Virus record (IMG/VR): IMGVR_UViG_3300017707_001045
Coordinates: 1 to 43,983 of that record
Direction: 5' to 3' (one strand)
Source: a virus
Lineage: Duplodnaviria > Caudoviricetes
DNA length: 43,983 nucleotides
A program made the translations under genes and the position numbers. This document shows, piece by piece, positions 16,822 through 25,186 of the stretch (position 1 is the first letter of the stretch; every line of letters starts with the position of its first letter). Below the pieces are notes generated by a model. It did not search any database and was not told the DNA's origin. It worked only from the letters and a program-made list of their open reading frames with translations.

Positions 16822-17346
16822 ATGAGAATAATACCAATAAAGTACAAAAACACAACCAAGCGGGTCATTGTGGATGATGATGTTTTTGAAAGTATTAAGG
16901 CTTTCAACATTACATTTCACAACAAGGGGTATGCATCAGTTTATTTCACCTGCGCTTCAACTGGGAAAAAGCATCACATTTTACTTCATCGACTAATAAC
17001 CGGAGCCAACGAAGGAGAATCCGTTGATCACAAGTCTGGATATGGACTCGATAATAGAAGGCGAAATTTGAGGGTGTGTAACGCATCACAAAACATGTCC
17101 AATCGATCCAAGTTAGCAAACTGGAAGCATTCTAAATATAAAGGAGTTACCAAACTGCGCGGAAAATGGGCTTCTGGAATAAAGGTTCCAAGCCCCATGG
17201 GATTTGGTCCTGGAAAGCAAAAGCATCTAGGTCTTTTTAGCTCCGAGATCGAGGCCCATGAAGCTTACATAAAAGCGGCAATTGAACTTCAAGGAAAGTT
17301 CGCTCGATGCGGAACTAGAGAAGAGTCCTTTGTTCCCATGCACTAA
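16822..17346 (+). CDS. HNH homing endonuclease with C-terminal AP2 domain
   Basis: LHRLI...VDHKSGYGLDNRRRNLRVCNASQNMSN; SKYKGV...KW...HLGLFSSEIEAHEAY...GKFA. Confidence 0.92.
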   Translation: MRIIPIKYKNTTKRVIVDDDVFESIKAFNITFHNKGYASVYFTCASTGKKHHILLHRLITGANEGESVDHKSGYGLDNRRRNLRVCNASQNMSNRSKLANWKHSKYKGVTKLRGKWASGIKVPSPMGFGPGKQKHLGLFSSEIEAHEAYIKAAIELQGKFARCGTREESFVPMH

Positions 17347-17371
17347 CCCCCCTCCAAACAATCTTAAAGAG

Positions 17372-17557
17372 ATGAAGACAAAATGGAAATGGGTCGCATG
17401 CTGGTGGGATGAAGACGGCAAATGCTGGGTGCCTGGAGATCATATCAAGATGGCAAAACAGCATTGCAGGGACTTTATCGAAGATCAGAGGCTTGATGGA
17501 TGCAGTGCTAACTGGATGATTTGCAAGGTCACACTAGAAAAAGGAGAAGAGGTCTAA
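17372..17557 (+). CDS. Hypothetical Trp-rich protein
   Basis: ORF track; start adjusted to ATG 17372. Confidence 0.55.
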   Translation: MKTKWKWVACWWDEDGKCWVPGDHIKMAKQHCRDFIEDQRLDGCSANWMICKVTLEKGEEV

Positions 17558-17565
17558 AATAATCC

Positions 17566-17593
17566 TTGCCTTTATGTAGCCAGTGGTTACAGT
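17566..17593 (+). promoter_or_regulatory. Promoter with an overlapping palindromic operator
   Basis: TTGCCT-N16-TACAGT; tgtagcca-g-tggttaca (17575-17591) is a 7/8-matched inverted repeat. Confidence 0.55.
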
Positions 17594-17611
17594 AGATCAA
17601 ATCAATAACCC

Positions 17612-17773
17612 ATGACCCCCAAAGCCTACAAACGTGAACGCATGAAAAGAGGCACGCAAGCACACGTCGCCTCCCTCCTAGGCGTCTCCCGTGTCTCCAT
17701 AGCTAGGCGTGAGACTGGAGCCAGGCCGATAAGCAGGGAGGCTTGGATTGCGCTGCTGTCGATTAAGAGGTGA
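17612..17773 (+). CDS. XRE/Cro-like HTH regulator, 53 aa (not in ORF track)
   Basis: MTPKAYKRERMKRGTQAHVASLLGVSRVSIARRETGARPISREAWIAL: TQxxxAxxLGVSxxxIxxxExG signature. Confidence 0.85.
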   Translation: MTPKAYKRERMKRGTQAHVASLLGVSRVSIARRETGARPISREAWIALLSIKR

Positions 17774-17780
17774 GGAACAT

Positions 17781-17975
17781 ATGACCCAAGAACAAATCAA
17801 AGAGAGGCTGGAGGAGTTGGTTGAAGGATGGGAAGTATCAATGCAAGTGGATAAAAACAAACTAGCGATGCTGGATTCCGGACACAGTGGAATAAATAGA
17901 GCGTTTGTAGAGGGCTGCTTCTTTCAAACGTATATGTGCAAGCAGGACCTCATAAACATCATAAAGGGATTATGA
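17781..17975 (+). CDS. Hypothetical 64-aa protein (paralog 1)
   Basis: MTQEQIKERLEELVEGW...DLINIIKGL. Confidence 0.7.
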   Translation: MTQEQIKERLEELVEGWEVSMQVDKNKLAMLDSGHSGINRAFVEGCFFQTYMCKQDLINIIKGL

Positions 17976-18166
17976 CTCAAGAGCAAATCAAGGTTAGGTT
18001 GGAGACCCTTAATAAAGAGTGGAGCAATTACGCAGAGGACTGCAAAACCAATGGAAGAGAAGCCAGAGACAATTACGACTATGAGACATCAAGGAGGCAG
18101 GATGATATTGTTTCGGTTCTAGGACATTGCAGAACCGGGATTCTAGACATCCTCAAAGACCTATGA
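17972..18166 (+). CDS. Hypothetical 64-aa protein (paralog 2)
   Basis: MTQEQIKVRLETLNKEW...GILDILKDL. Confidence 0.7.
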   Translation: MTQEQIKVRLETLNKEWSNYAEDCKTNGREARDNYDYETSRRQDDIVSVLGHCRTGILDILKDL

Positions 18167-18531
18167 AACCAAAGATCAGTGAAGAGATGAAGCGGGATTT
18201 GGAAGAAGCTAAGAAAGATCAAAAGATTAAAGATGAGGCCAAGGTTGCATTCTATAACGCTCAGAGAACTTACGGAATGTATGAGTGTCCCACTTTACCA
18301 GACTGTCCTTTCTGCGGTAAAGCAGCTCAATCTAAGTGGATCAATCATGCATGGGTTTGCGGATGTCAGTGCATCACTGATAAGAATGATGTTTACCTAG
18401 AGACCGAATTTACACTGCAAGAATGGAGCCGTAGACCGATTGAGAATAAGCTTAGAGCCAGGATCAAGGAGCTTGAGGAAAAGGTTTCAGACCTTGAAGA
18501 CATGCTATCTGAAGCTAGAGATAGCGAATAA
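18163..18531 (+). CDS. Lar-like (restriction alleviation) Zn-finger protein
   Basis: LPDCPFCG...CGCQC...WSRRP followed by a coiled coil. Confidence 0.55.
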   Translation: MKPKISEEMKRDLEEAKKDQKIKDEAKVAFYNAQRTYGMYECPTLPDCPFCGKAAQSKWINHAWVCGCQCITDKNDVYLETEFTLQEWSRRPIENKLRARIKELEEKVSDLEDMLSEARDSE

Positions 18532-18555
18532 GTCCCCAACCAAGAGACAAAACCA

Positions 18556-18852
18556 ATGAACAAATACGCACACGCATTCGATATTATTGAGAACTGGGAT
18601 AGGGTGGAGCTGAAAGGAACAGATGACGTTTGGAGAAAGCCGATGTCTGGACCCGAAAACCAAACACTAGCTTGTCTGGATAATAAGCAACTATTCCGCC
18701 TTAAACGCGAGCCTAGGCGGGTGTGGGTGAATTTCTGTGATGACGGGAGGATCGGAAACGTAGGCGAGTCGCCAGATGCTGCGAAACGCATAGCGAATCC
18801 TTCCTGGTGCTCCGAATCCGCCGTCGAGTTTGTGGAGGTGATTAAGCAATGA
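18556..18852 (+). CDS. Hypothetical phage protein
   Basis: ORF track; PRRVWVN...VEFVEV. Confidence 0.65.
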   Translation: MNKYAHAFDIIENWDRVELKGTDDVWRKPMSGPENQTLACLDNKQLFRLKREPRRVWVNFCDDGRIGNVGESPDAAKRIANPSWCSESAVEFVEVIKQ

Positions 18853-19058
18853 ACTCAGGAGATCAACCAGCGTTTCCAAACGACGGAGGGCCAGGGGCCA
18901 ACGGCATGACCTACCGCCAATGGCTCATAGGGCAGATTGCTAGTAGCATAGATGCATCTGATATCGCGGATGGCTATCACAACAAGTGTGCGGTGGGCGT
19001 TATCTTATTCGCCGACTCCATCCTCGCCCGTCTTGATAAGGAAAGGGGGGAGAGGTGA
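18849..19058 (+). CDS. Conserved-looking small phage protein (PAFP...GMTYRQW...ADSIL)
   Basis: Motif recognised from phage early regions; ATGA overlap. Confidence 0.7.
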   Translation: MNSGDQPAFPNDGGPGANGMTYRQWLIGQIASSIDASDIADGYHNKCAVGVILFADSILARLDKERGER

Positions 19059-19297
19059 TACCGCACGAAACACTTCAGCAGTTCAGAGCATCCTATGAAG
19101 CCTTGGTGACATATTCGAAGGCTGAATTCCCATACGGGTCTAAAGTTAAGGTGAACAATCCAGGCAGATACGTAGGGCTAGGGATATCTCGCGGCCCAGC
19201 ATCCGGATATCCGGACAAGCTGGCGGTTGAACTGCCGAACGGGAATACCTGGTGGTATCCCATAGAGAGCATTGAAAGTAATGAGGTGACTGTATGA
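19055..19297 (+). CDS. Hypothetical protein
   Basis: ORF track; GTGA overlap. Confidence 0.6.
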   Translation: MIPHETLQQFRASYEALVTYSKAEFPYGSKVKVNNPGRYVGLGISRGPASGYPDKLAVELPNGNTWWYPIESIESNEVTV

Positions 19298-19638
19298 CCT
19301 GGCGCAGCATTGAGAGCGATCCGCCTGCTATAAATGCCATTGTATGGTATGGGAATCTTGAAAAGAGATCCCCAACCCCATGGTATTGGAATAAGGATTC
19401 TGATCATTACTCAAAAAGCCAAGGCTGGACCCACTGGTCCCCCTGCGAGCCTCCCGCCGATCTGCCTCCCGCACCGAAGACAGCGTTTGAGGAGTGGGTG
19501 GAGAAAACGCAGCGACCGGAGAGCATGAGTTCTGGAACAGTTGACATCATCATTAGCGGAAAACGTAGGTCTGTAACGATTGAGTCAGCGGAGATCATGT
19601 TTAACGCAGGCTACGAAGCGGGAAAGGCTAACAAGTGA
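19294..19638 (+). CDS. DUF551-like phage protein
   Basis: MTWRSIESDPP...WTHW. Confidence 0.55.
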   Translation: MTWRSIESDPPAINAIVWYGNLEKRSPTPWYWNKDSDHYSKSQGWTHWSPCEPPADLPPAPKTAFEEWVEKTQRPESMSSGTVDIIISGKRRSVTIESAEIMFNAGYEAGKANK

Positions 19639-19907
19639 AACCACCAAACTGGTATCGATGCAGATTCAAAGCAAACGAGGATGATTACAGGCCGGTTAAG
19701 TGGCCACCACCTGGACCGTATTGGTGCAGCGGATTCGGTGATGGCTACAACATCGTAATTGCCTATGTGCGGTCACTGCCTGAAGTCCTTGAGTTCTGGC
19801 CTGAGGCTGACGACGTTGAGCATACAGAGGAATCCGAGATCAAGTTTTCAGATCGATTCCCCAAGCCTGATTGGTGGAATCCAGAAGCGAGAAAGGCTAA
19901 GGGATGA
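19635..19907 (+). CDS. Conserved-looking phage protein (DYRPVKWPPPGPYWCSG)
   Basis: ORF track; GTGA overlap. Confidence 0.7.
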   Translation: MKPPNWYRCRFKANEDDYRPVKWPPPGPYWCSGFGDGYNIVIAYVRSLPEVLEFWPEADDVEHTEESEIKFSDRFPKPDWWNPEARKAKG

Positions 19908-20119
19908 AAACTAAATGCCAAGTCAGATGGAATAAGGTTCCGGAAGGAAGCCGCAGGCTAGCGGATAGAAGAACGTCTAATCTTGTTAGGTTCTGGGGCG
20001 GAAATGTTCAGAGCCTTTCGATTCAAGACCTGGTATCATCCGCTTACCTTCAAGGCATCTCCGACATGTTCGATTTTACGGAGAAGCGGCAACCTTCGAT
20101 TTCGGATTTTCAGATATGA
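19904..20119 (+). CDS. Hypothetical protein
   Basis: ORF track; ATGA overlap. Confidence 0.6.
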   Translation: MKTKCQVRWNKVPEGSRRLADRRTSNLVRFWGGNVQSLSIQDLVSSAYLQGISDMFDFTEKRQPSISDFQI

Positions 20120-20310
20120 AAACACCAAAACGCATCAAATGGAAACCGATCATCTTTGAGTCAAAGTGCATGGAATACATGATTTCGGAATGCACTGGAG
20201 GTGGATGGTATGCCAAATACCAATGCGAATTCCTCAATGAGGAGGCTGTTACTAAGGCGAAAGCGACACAACTATGCGAGCGTCACGCGAGAGAGAGGAA
20301 AGCGAAATGA
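20116..20310 (+). CDS. Hypothetical protein
   Basis: ORF track; ATGA overlap. Confidence 0.6.
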   Translation: MKTPKRIKWKPIIFESKCMEYMISECTGGGWYAKYQCEFLNEEAVTKAKATQLCERHARERKAK

Positions 20311-20699
20311 GCAACACCGCAATCGAAAAGGTAGAGGCCGAAGAGTGGGAAAGCATGACAACCGAGGATCGCATGGAGGCCGTCCTAGCTCATGCGTTCA
20401 GAGGTATTCACCACGTCAGGAACATTCACAAGGAATCGGCGTCTTGGTGGTGGGTTAGCGTGTGGGATGGACTTTCAACATACGACTTTGATCAGCTCAC
20501 AAGGCTAGTCCTGGCCGCTCACAGGTATTGCGTGAGGGTTGAGATCGGCGCGTCGGCTCCAAGGCGGATTAAGATAACATTGCACACTCGAAACGGCAGG
20601 ACCGGTTTCATGTCTCACAGACACCCCGCGATTTATGAGGTGACCAAGAGCCAACCCCTACCTGATGCACCCAATGAAAACCGAGGAGATTGTTTATGA
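20307..20699 (+). CDS. Conserved-looking phage protein (LSTYDFDQLTRLVLAAHRYCVRVEI)
   Basis: ORF track; start at the ATGA overlap. Confidence 0.7.
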   Translation: MSNTAIEKVEAEEWESMTTEDRMEAVLAHAFRGIHHVRNIHKESASWWWVSVWDGLSTYDFDQLTRLVLAAHRYCVRVEIGASAPRRIKITLHTRNGRTGFMSHRHPAIYEVTKSQPLPDAPNENRGDCL

Positions 20700-20929
20700 G
20701 TGAGGTTCCAACGAAACCTGGAAGGTATTTGTGCAGGCACTCGCTGAATGTGTCGGTTAGAGGAAACACGCTGGAGGGTTGCCCTACTATCTGGATTGTT
20801 TACGGGTCAGTCTCGAAGCTTGAGAACGGCTCATTGGTGTTTCGAAGTCACTCACTTAATCAAATCGAGGAGGATGAGTTCGCCAGCTTCGACTGGCACC
20901 GCATTGAGCTGCCGAAAGGATGGGAATAG
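20696..20929 (+). CDS. Hypothetical protein
   Basis: MSEVPTKPGRY...; ATGA overlap. Confidence 0.6.
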   Translation: MSEVPTKPGRYLCRHSLNVSVRGNTLEGCPTIWIVYGSVSKLENGSLVFRSHSLNQIEEDEFASFDWHRIELPKGWE

Positions 20930-20931
20930 CT

Positions 20932-21294
20932 ATGGACTACACAGAACTACGAGAAGACACTAAGGATGAACTCACCACACTCCGCGAGAGGGTGAGGGAG
21001 TTGGAGGCTAGCAGGTCACTGGTTGCGCTTGACCAACTTGTTAGGCTCGCAGAGCAGAACCTTGCGCACACAGCCCGCATCCGCGAGCTGGAATGGCTCC
21101 TGAAATGCGAGGGAGAATCGGCAGCATCCGAAAACGAGGATGTGCAGTGGCTGGAGGCTAGGATCCGCGAGCTCGAGCAGGCGATGCGTAAAGCCGACGG
21201 CATACTGAGCTGGGCTGACGGTAACAGCTTTTGGAGTGACATTGAAAACGCACGCAAGGCACTTGGGAAGCCTAGCGATGAGGTCAAGAGATGA
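20932..21294 (+). CDS. Coiled-coil protein with R[VI]RELE repeats
   Basis: Three R[VI]RELE copies. Confidence 0.65.
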   Translation: MDYTELREDTKDELTTLRERVRELEASRSLVALDQLVRLAEQNLAHTARIRELEWLLKCEGESAASENEDVQWLEARIRELEQAMRKADGILSWADGNSFWSDIENARKALGKPSDEVKR

Positions 21295-21416
21295 TCGTAA
21301 AGCTTGAATTCAAAGACCCTCACTATGGGCACATTATCAGGGCTGACTATGACACCGAGACAAAGGTGATACTGGTGCAAGATATGGACCTAAGAGACGA
21401 TGTGCAGAGGGTTAGG
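21291..21416 (+). CDS. 41-aa hypothetical protein (not in ORF track)
   Basis: MIVKLEFKDPHYGHIIRADYDTETKVILVQDMDLRDDVQRG; ATGA overlap fills the gap. Confidence 0.5.
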
Positions 21417-21417
21417 G

Positions 21418-21615
21418 ATGCGATTGAGAAAGTTACAAATGCCAGACCTAGTGTGGATGGGAAGCCTTGAGGAGTGCGACATGTGCCACGATATCTACCC
21501 AATGGTGTGGATCGTGTTCACCGGGAGGCAATTCCTATGCATGGCTTGCGACTGTGAAGAAGTGATCCCGAAATCTGCTTCGGGATCAAAACAACCAGAG
21601 GAGAAAAATGAGTGA
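21418..21615 (+). CDS. Small Zn-finger protein
   Basis: CDMC...CMAC. Confidence 0.55.
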   Translation: MRLRKLQMPDLVWMGSLEECDMCHDIYPMVWIVFTGRQFLCMACDCEEVIPKSASGSKQPEEKNE

Positions 21616-22048
21616 TGAATTGAGACCGTGTCACAGATGTGGGCAGCAGCCAATGGGCTATGTTCACGACAACTCAACGTCGGATAATTGCACCGAGTTT
21701 TACCGAATATCCTGTAAGTGCGGAATGGGATACAGCAGCGCAGATTTCTGGAACTGGATTCCTGTTGTTGGATATAAGCGAGACCCTGAATTGCCAACCA
21801 AGAATGCAATTAAGGTCTGGAACACCCGCCCCATCGAAGACGACCTCCGCGCCAAACTCGCCACAGCGGTGGAGGCGTTGGAGGTGATTGCTAAGAAATC
21901 AGCATGCCCTTGCTGGATTGTTCCAGGAATGGGCAGCGGCAAGGATTACAAATGGAAAGGCTGTGAACCGCACCTAAGCGATGATCCGGAGGAATGGTGC
22001 ATTTGTTGTCAGGCGCATGAGGCTTTAGCCAAGATCCGCTCTACTTAA
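21608..22048 (+). CDS. Lar-like Zn-finger protein with a Cys-rich C-terminus
   Basis: ELRPCHRCG...ISCKCG...AIKVWNTRP. Confidence 0.6.
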   Translation: MSDELRPCHRCGQQPMGYVHDNSTSDNCTEFYRISCKCGMGYSSADFWNWIPVVGYKRDPELPTKNAIKVWNTRPIEDDLRAKLATAVEALEVIAKKSACPCWIVPGMGSGKDYKWKGCEPHLSDDPEEWCICCQAHEALAKIRST

Positions 22049-22415
22049 TCTCAATCGTATACGTGCCCTGGAATGTGCCACGTAAAGCTATAGGCGCTCC
22101 AGGTGCCACGTATGCGGGTAAGGTAAGGACATTGGATGGAACACTCTCATTGCCCCATACGTTGATGGCTCTTACAACTAGGTTGTAGTTGCCGGGGACC
22201 ATGTTGGTAATCGTGTAATTCTGATTTGTTGTGGTAGCCACTAGGTTGGTGATAGGTCCACCGTCTAGGCCAGAATAGATGTTATACTTGAGAAGCCTGA
22301 CATGCTCGATAAGCGTGGCATTGGGAGGTTCCCAGACTAGGAGGATGTTTGCTGATTGAGCACTAGATGAGAGGGCTAGGGAGAAGAGTAGAACTAGGAG
22401 AGATTTAAGTTTCAT
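22041..22415 (-). CDS. Secreted single fibronectin type III domain protein
   Basis: Signal peptide MKLKSLLVLLFSLALSSSAQS|A; LVWEPP...YNIY...YTITNMVPGNYNLVVRAINVWGNESVPSN. Confidence 0.8.
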   Translation of the reverse strand: MKLKSLLVLLFSLALSSSAQSANILLVWEPPNATLIEHVRLLKYNIYSGLDGGPITNLVATTTNQNYTITNMVPGNYNLVVRAINVWGNESVPSNVLTLPAYVAPGAPIALRGTFQGTYTIEIK

Positions 22416-22512
22416 GCGGTTAAGCCTATAGCAACCCCCGGCCTATAGCAATGTTAGTACGTACTAACAAGTATAGGTTGACCTATATTTTAGACTATGC
22501 TAGGGGTTTGCC
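22416..22512. promoter_or_regulatory. Divergent control region with palindromes and a direct repeat
   Basis: gcctatagcaa twice (22424, 22441); perfect 18-bp palindrome tgttagtacgtactaaca (22452-22469); tataggt-tg-acctata (22472-22487) overlapping a TTGACC. Confidence 0.6.
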
Positions 22513-24045
22513 ATGCGCTTTAGGCTCACTCTGATTCTATTTCTACTCTCCTTTGCTTCTCAGGCTGCAACCTATTATGTCACGCCAACTGGTGCGGGTG
22601 CCGCTACTGGGGCTAACCTAGCCAATGCCTGGAGCTGGGCGACTGCTCAGAGCACTGTTGCGAGCGGTGATACCTTGCTTCTAGGGGATGGCACCTATGG
22701 CAGCTATGCTTCTGGCACTGGTTCATTCATCACCATTCAATCAATCAACAAGTGGGGAGCTAAGATTGTAGGCGACTCTGGAGCGTTCGGCCTTCGATTC
22801 CTAGATAATCATCACACCAATACGGTTGATGGGCTGTGGATTTTCTCTAGTTATCTGAGTGGGCTTAAATACAACGGCCATGGATGGACCATTAAGAACT
22901 GTAAGATTGAGAACGCTGGAAGAGGTGATCCAGCCTGGGTGACTAATACTTCTGGGACATACACAGGCCAGGGGATCGAATCACACAATTGGAGTGGATC
23001 TACTATCGAGCGTAATTTGATTCGCAATTGTGGGGCGCGGTTGAACCTGGATCATGGGATGTATGTGAGTGGGTCAAATAACATCATCCAATACAATGTG
23101 GTTAACTCCAATGTTTGTTGGGGTATTCAGCTATACGACGGCACAGGAGACACGACCGGCAACATCATTCGAGGTAATCTGGTCTATGGTAACGGTGGCA
23201 TTGATGGCTCTAGCGGTGGTGCAATCGTCAATTACATGTATAACTCAGGGAAGACCAATTACATCTTCAACAACACCCTGATTGCTCCTAGGGTTGGCAT
23301 CAATGTAAGTGGTCCAGGTAATCTCGTAGTCACTAATAACATCATCTGGGCCGGTTCAGGCTACGAGACCATTCTAGATGCTGGCGGTGTAACAGTTAAC
23401 GCTGATTACAACTATAAGAACCAGGATGTGGTAGGTGATCCTGATGGAACCCATGATGTGCTGAACTCTAGCTATACTCTAACCGCCTCCACATGGTTCC
23501 CTGGGTATAATTCTGGTAGGTTTTGGACCCCATTAGCCTCTGGAGCTGTTGGAGCGGCTCTGACTACCCTATACACCCCTCAAGACTGGTTTGGTAATGC
23601 CGAGGCTTCTGCCGCTGATATTGGGGCTACTCAATATGACGGTTACCTAGAGGCTGATACTCGTAACATGTATCTGTCCACGTCAGACTATTGGACGCAT
23701 CCCCTCTCATTTACCCCGCCCCCCACTAGTCCCACGGCTAACAGCTCTAGTATTCAACACACTCTAGTCTCAAGTAACTCTGCTAGAATCAGTTGGGCCA
23801 CAGATCAGAGCGCAACTAGCCAGGTTACCTATAATGGAACCAGCACATCAATGGATACAGCCCTTGTAAGATATCATGCGATCCTTCTCTCAGGTCTCAC
23901 CCCATCAACGGTTTACAACTATACCGTGACATCTACCAACGTTAACGGGTCTATTACTAGCGGAACAAACACGTTTACAACGCTAGCTGTAGGGTATACT
24001 ACGGTTTCAACGAATAGGTTCTTTGGTGGGGCAACTGGGTTCTGA
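22513..24045 (+). CDS. Secreted right-handed beta-helix (pectin-lyase-like) protein with a C-terminal FN3 domain
   Basis: Signal peptide MRFRLTLILFLLSFASQA|ATYYV; GDTLLLGDGTY; DHGMYV, GIQLY, IFNNT, NNII rungs; DIGA; ARISWATD...LSGLTPSTVYNYTVTS. Confidence 0.8.
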   Translation: MRFRLTLILFLLSFASQAATYYVTPTGAGAATGANLANAWSWATAQSTVASGDTLLLGDGTYGSYASGTGSFITIQSINKWGAKIVGDSGAFGLRFLDNHHTNTVDGLWIFSSYLSGLKYNGHGWTIKNCKIENAGRGDPAWVTNTSGTYTGQGIESHNWSGSTIERNLIRNCGARLNLDHGMYVSGSNNIIQYNVVNSNVCWGIQLYDGTGDTTGNIIRGNLVYGNGGIDGSSGGAIVNYMYNSGKTNYIFNNTLIAPRVGINVSGPGNLVVTNNIIWAGSGYETILDAGGVTVNADYNYKNQDVVGDPDGTHDVLNSSYTLTASTWFPGYNSGRFWTPLASGAVGAALTTLYTPQDWFGNAEASAADIGATQYDGYLEADTRNMYLSTSDYWTHPLSFTPPPTSPTANSSSIQHTLVSSNSARISWATDQSATSQVTYNGTSTSMDTALVRYHAILLSGLTPSTVYNYTVTSTNVNGSITSGTNTFTTLAVGYTTVSTNRFFGGATGF

Positions 24046-24047
24046 TC

Positions 24048-24218
24048 ATGTTCAAGACTGATAAAGTATACATCGACTCTCAGATTGAGGCTTTAAAGCT
24101 CAGGGTTGAATGGCTTGAGAATGAACTCAAGTTCCAGGCTAACCAGATTAGGGAGCTTAAGACCAAGGATAGGGATCAAAAGCCTATCAGACATACAGCC
24201 TGTAACCCTGTTTCTTGA
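24048..24218 (+). CDS. 56-aa coiled-coil protein (not in ORF track)
   Basis: MFKTDKVYIDSQIEALKLRVEWLENELKFQANQIRELK... Confidence 0.5.
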   Translation: MFKTDKVYIDSQIEALKLRVEWLENELKFQANQIRELKTKDRDQKPIRHTACNPVS

Positions 24219-24249
24219 GCCTAGGTATGGCCTACAACGCATTTTGATT

Positions 24250-24579
24250 ATGAATGAGGGTGAATACTGCGGAAACATGTATCGATGGCCCACAGCAGAG
24301 GAGCAGGCTATCTTCGATTTGCTTAAGGCAGACTATACCAGCTCACTAGAAGGTGCATGCGACAGGGTATTAGCATCACTAGAAGACAAGGGACCATACA
24401 CCACACCAAGCTTTACCACTATGTTTGTAGGGAATAGCCATAAGCCCATCAACTCCACTTCGCCCCTAATTCTATCCACTTCACCACATATTTCATCTAA
24501 TAACCTTGGCACACCTCCCGGTTTCCCCTTACACATTATAAATAACCCCTTCCACCCTACTACATCAAAGGATAATTAG
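24250..24579 (+). CDS. Hypothetical protein
   Basis: ORF track, start adjusted; low-complexity C-terminus. Confidence 0.4.
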   Translation: MNEGEYCGNMYRWPTAEEQAIFDLLKADYTSSLEGACDRVLASLEDKGPYTTPSFTTMFVGNSHKPINSTSPLILSTSPHISSNNLGTPPGFPLHIINNPFHPTTSKDN

Positions 24580-24600
24580 GCTCTGCCTAACACTTCTCTC

Positions 24601-25086
24601 ATGTCTAAGGTTAAGTCCATCAAAGTACATCATAATGCATCTCTAGATGAGGATGCGATTGATAAACTTGTAGATGCTGACCTCACCGGCAAATCGATAT
24701 CTAGCCTCAAGAATGGTCTCTCTCTAGGCACTAATCAGGCTAATCGTAAGCTTATCAGACATGTAGAGGTTCCTGATGATTATCCTGAGAATGATGATGA
24801 CTGGCGTAAAGATGTCATTCAGTTCCTTCAAATAGCAGCTTGGAAAGGTTCTAAACGTCTAGCAGGTAATGGGATGGATGAGATGCCTGCTTATAACGTT
24901 CCCGTATCGACAGGAATTTTAATCGATAAAATTCAAGTGATGACTGGACAGCCTACATCAATGTCTCTCCAGATCCACACAAGCATGAATCACAGCGATA
25001 TTGCGAAGAGAATTCAGGAATCTAAGGCTTCAAAGAGTCAAGTAGTTGATGCTCAAGTGATTGTAGATGACAAGAAGCAAACATAA
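24601..25086 (+). CDS. Putative terminase small subunit
   Basis: HTH-like N-terminus; GILIDKIQVMTGQPT oligomerisation-like helix; upstream of terL. Confidence 0.55.
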   Translation: MSKVKSIKVHHNASLDEDAIDKLVDADLTGKSISSLKNGLSLGTNQANRKLIRHVEVPDDYPENDDDWRKDVIQFLQIAAWKGSKRLAGNGMDEMPAYNVPVSTGILIDKIQVMTGQPTSMSLQIHTSMNHSDIAKRIQESKASKSQVVDAQVIVDDKKQT

Positions 25087-25186
25087 CTGATGTTGTGCGA
25101 GTACATCATTCAACAGGATGGGGGGAGGGGGTTGGCAGATTGATTGATGAGATTTTGCCTGACGGGTTATCCAAACCATAAAATAT

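Noticed and set aside
16444-16910. ORFs 16444-16743(-), 16574-16756(+), 16629-16910(-) and the 5' extension of the HNH ORF from 16738
   Set aside because: No protein motifs and weak starts; the extensive base-pairing is better explained as RNA structure.
16401-17346. Group I or group II intron carrying the HNH gene
   Set aside because: No recognisable P7 (R/S) core or domain V, no interrupted host gene on either side, and the region has its own promoter.
21563-21588. Perfect 10-bp inverted repeat tgatcccgaa/ttcgggatca
   Set aside because: An isolated hairpin inside a CDS with no + strand U-tract; at most a minus-strand terminator for the FN3 transcript.
21418-21615. CxxCH haem-binding motif (CDMCH)
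   Set aside because: No export signal, and a second CxxC indicates a Zn finger.
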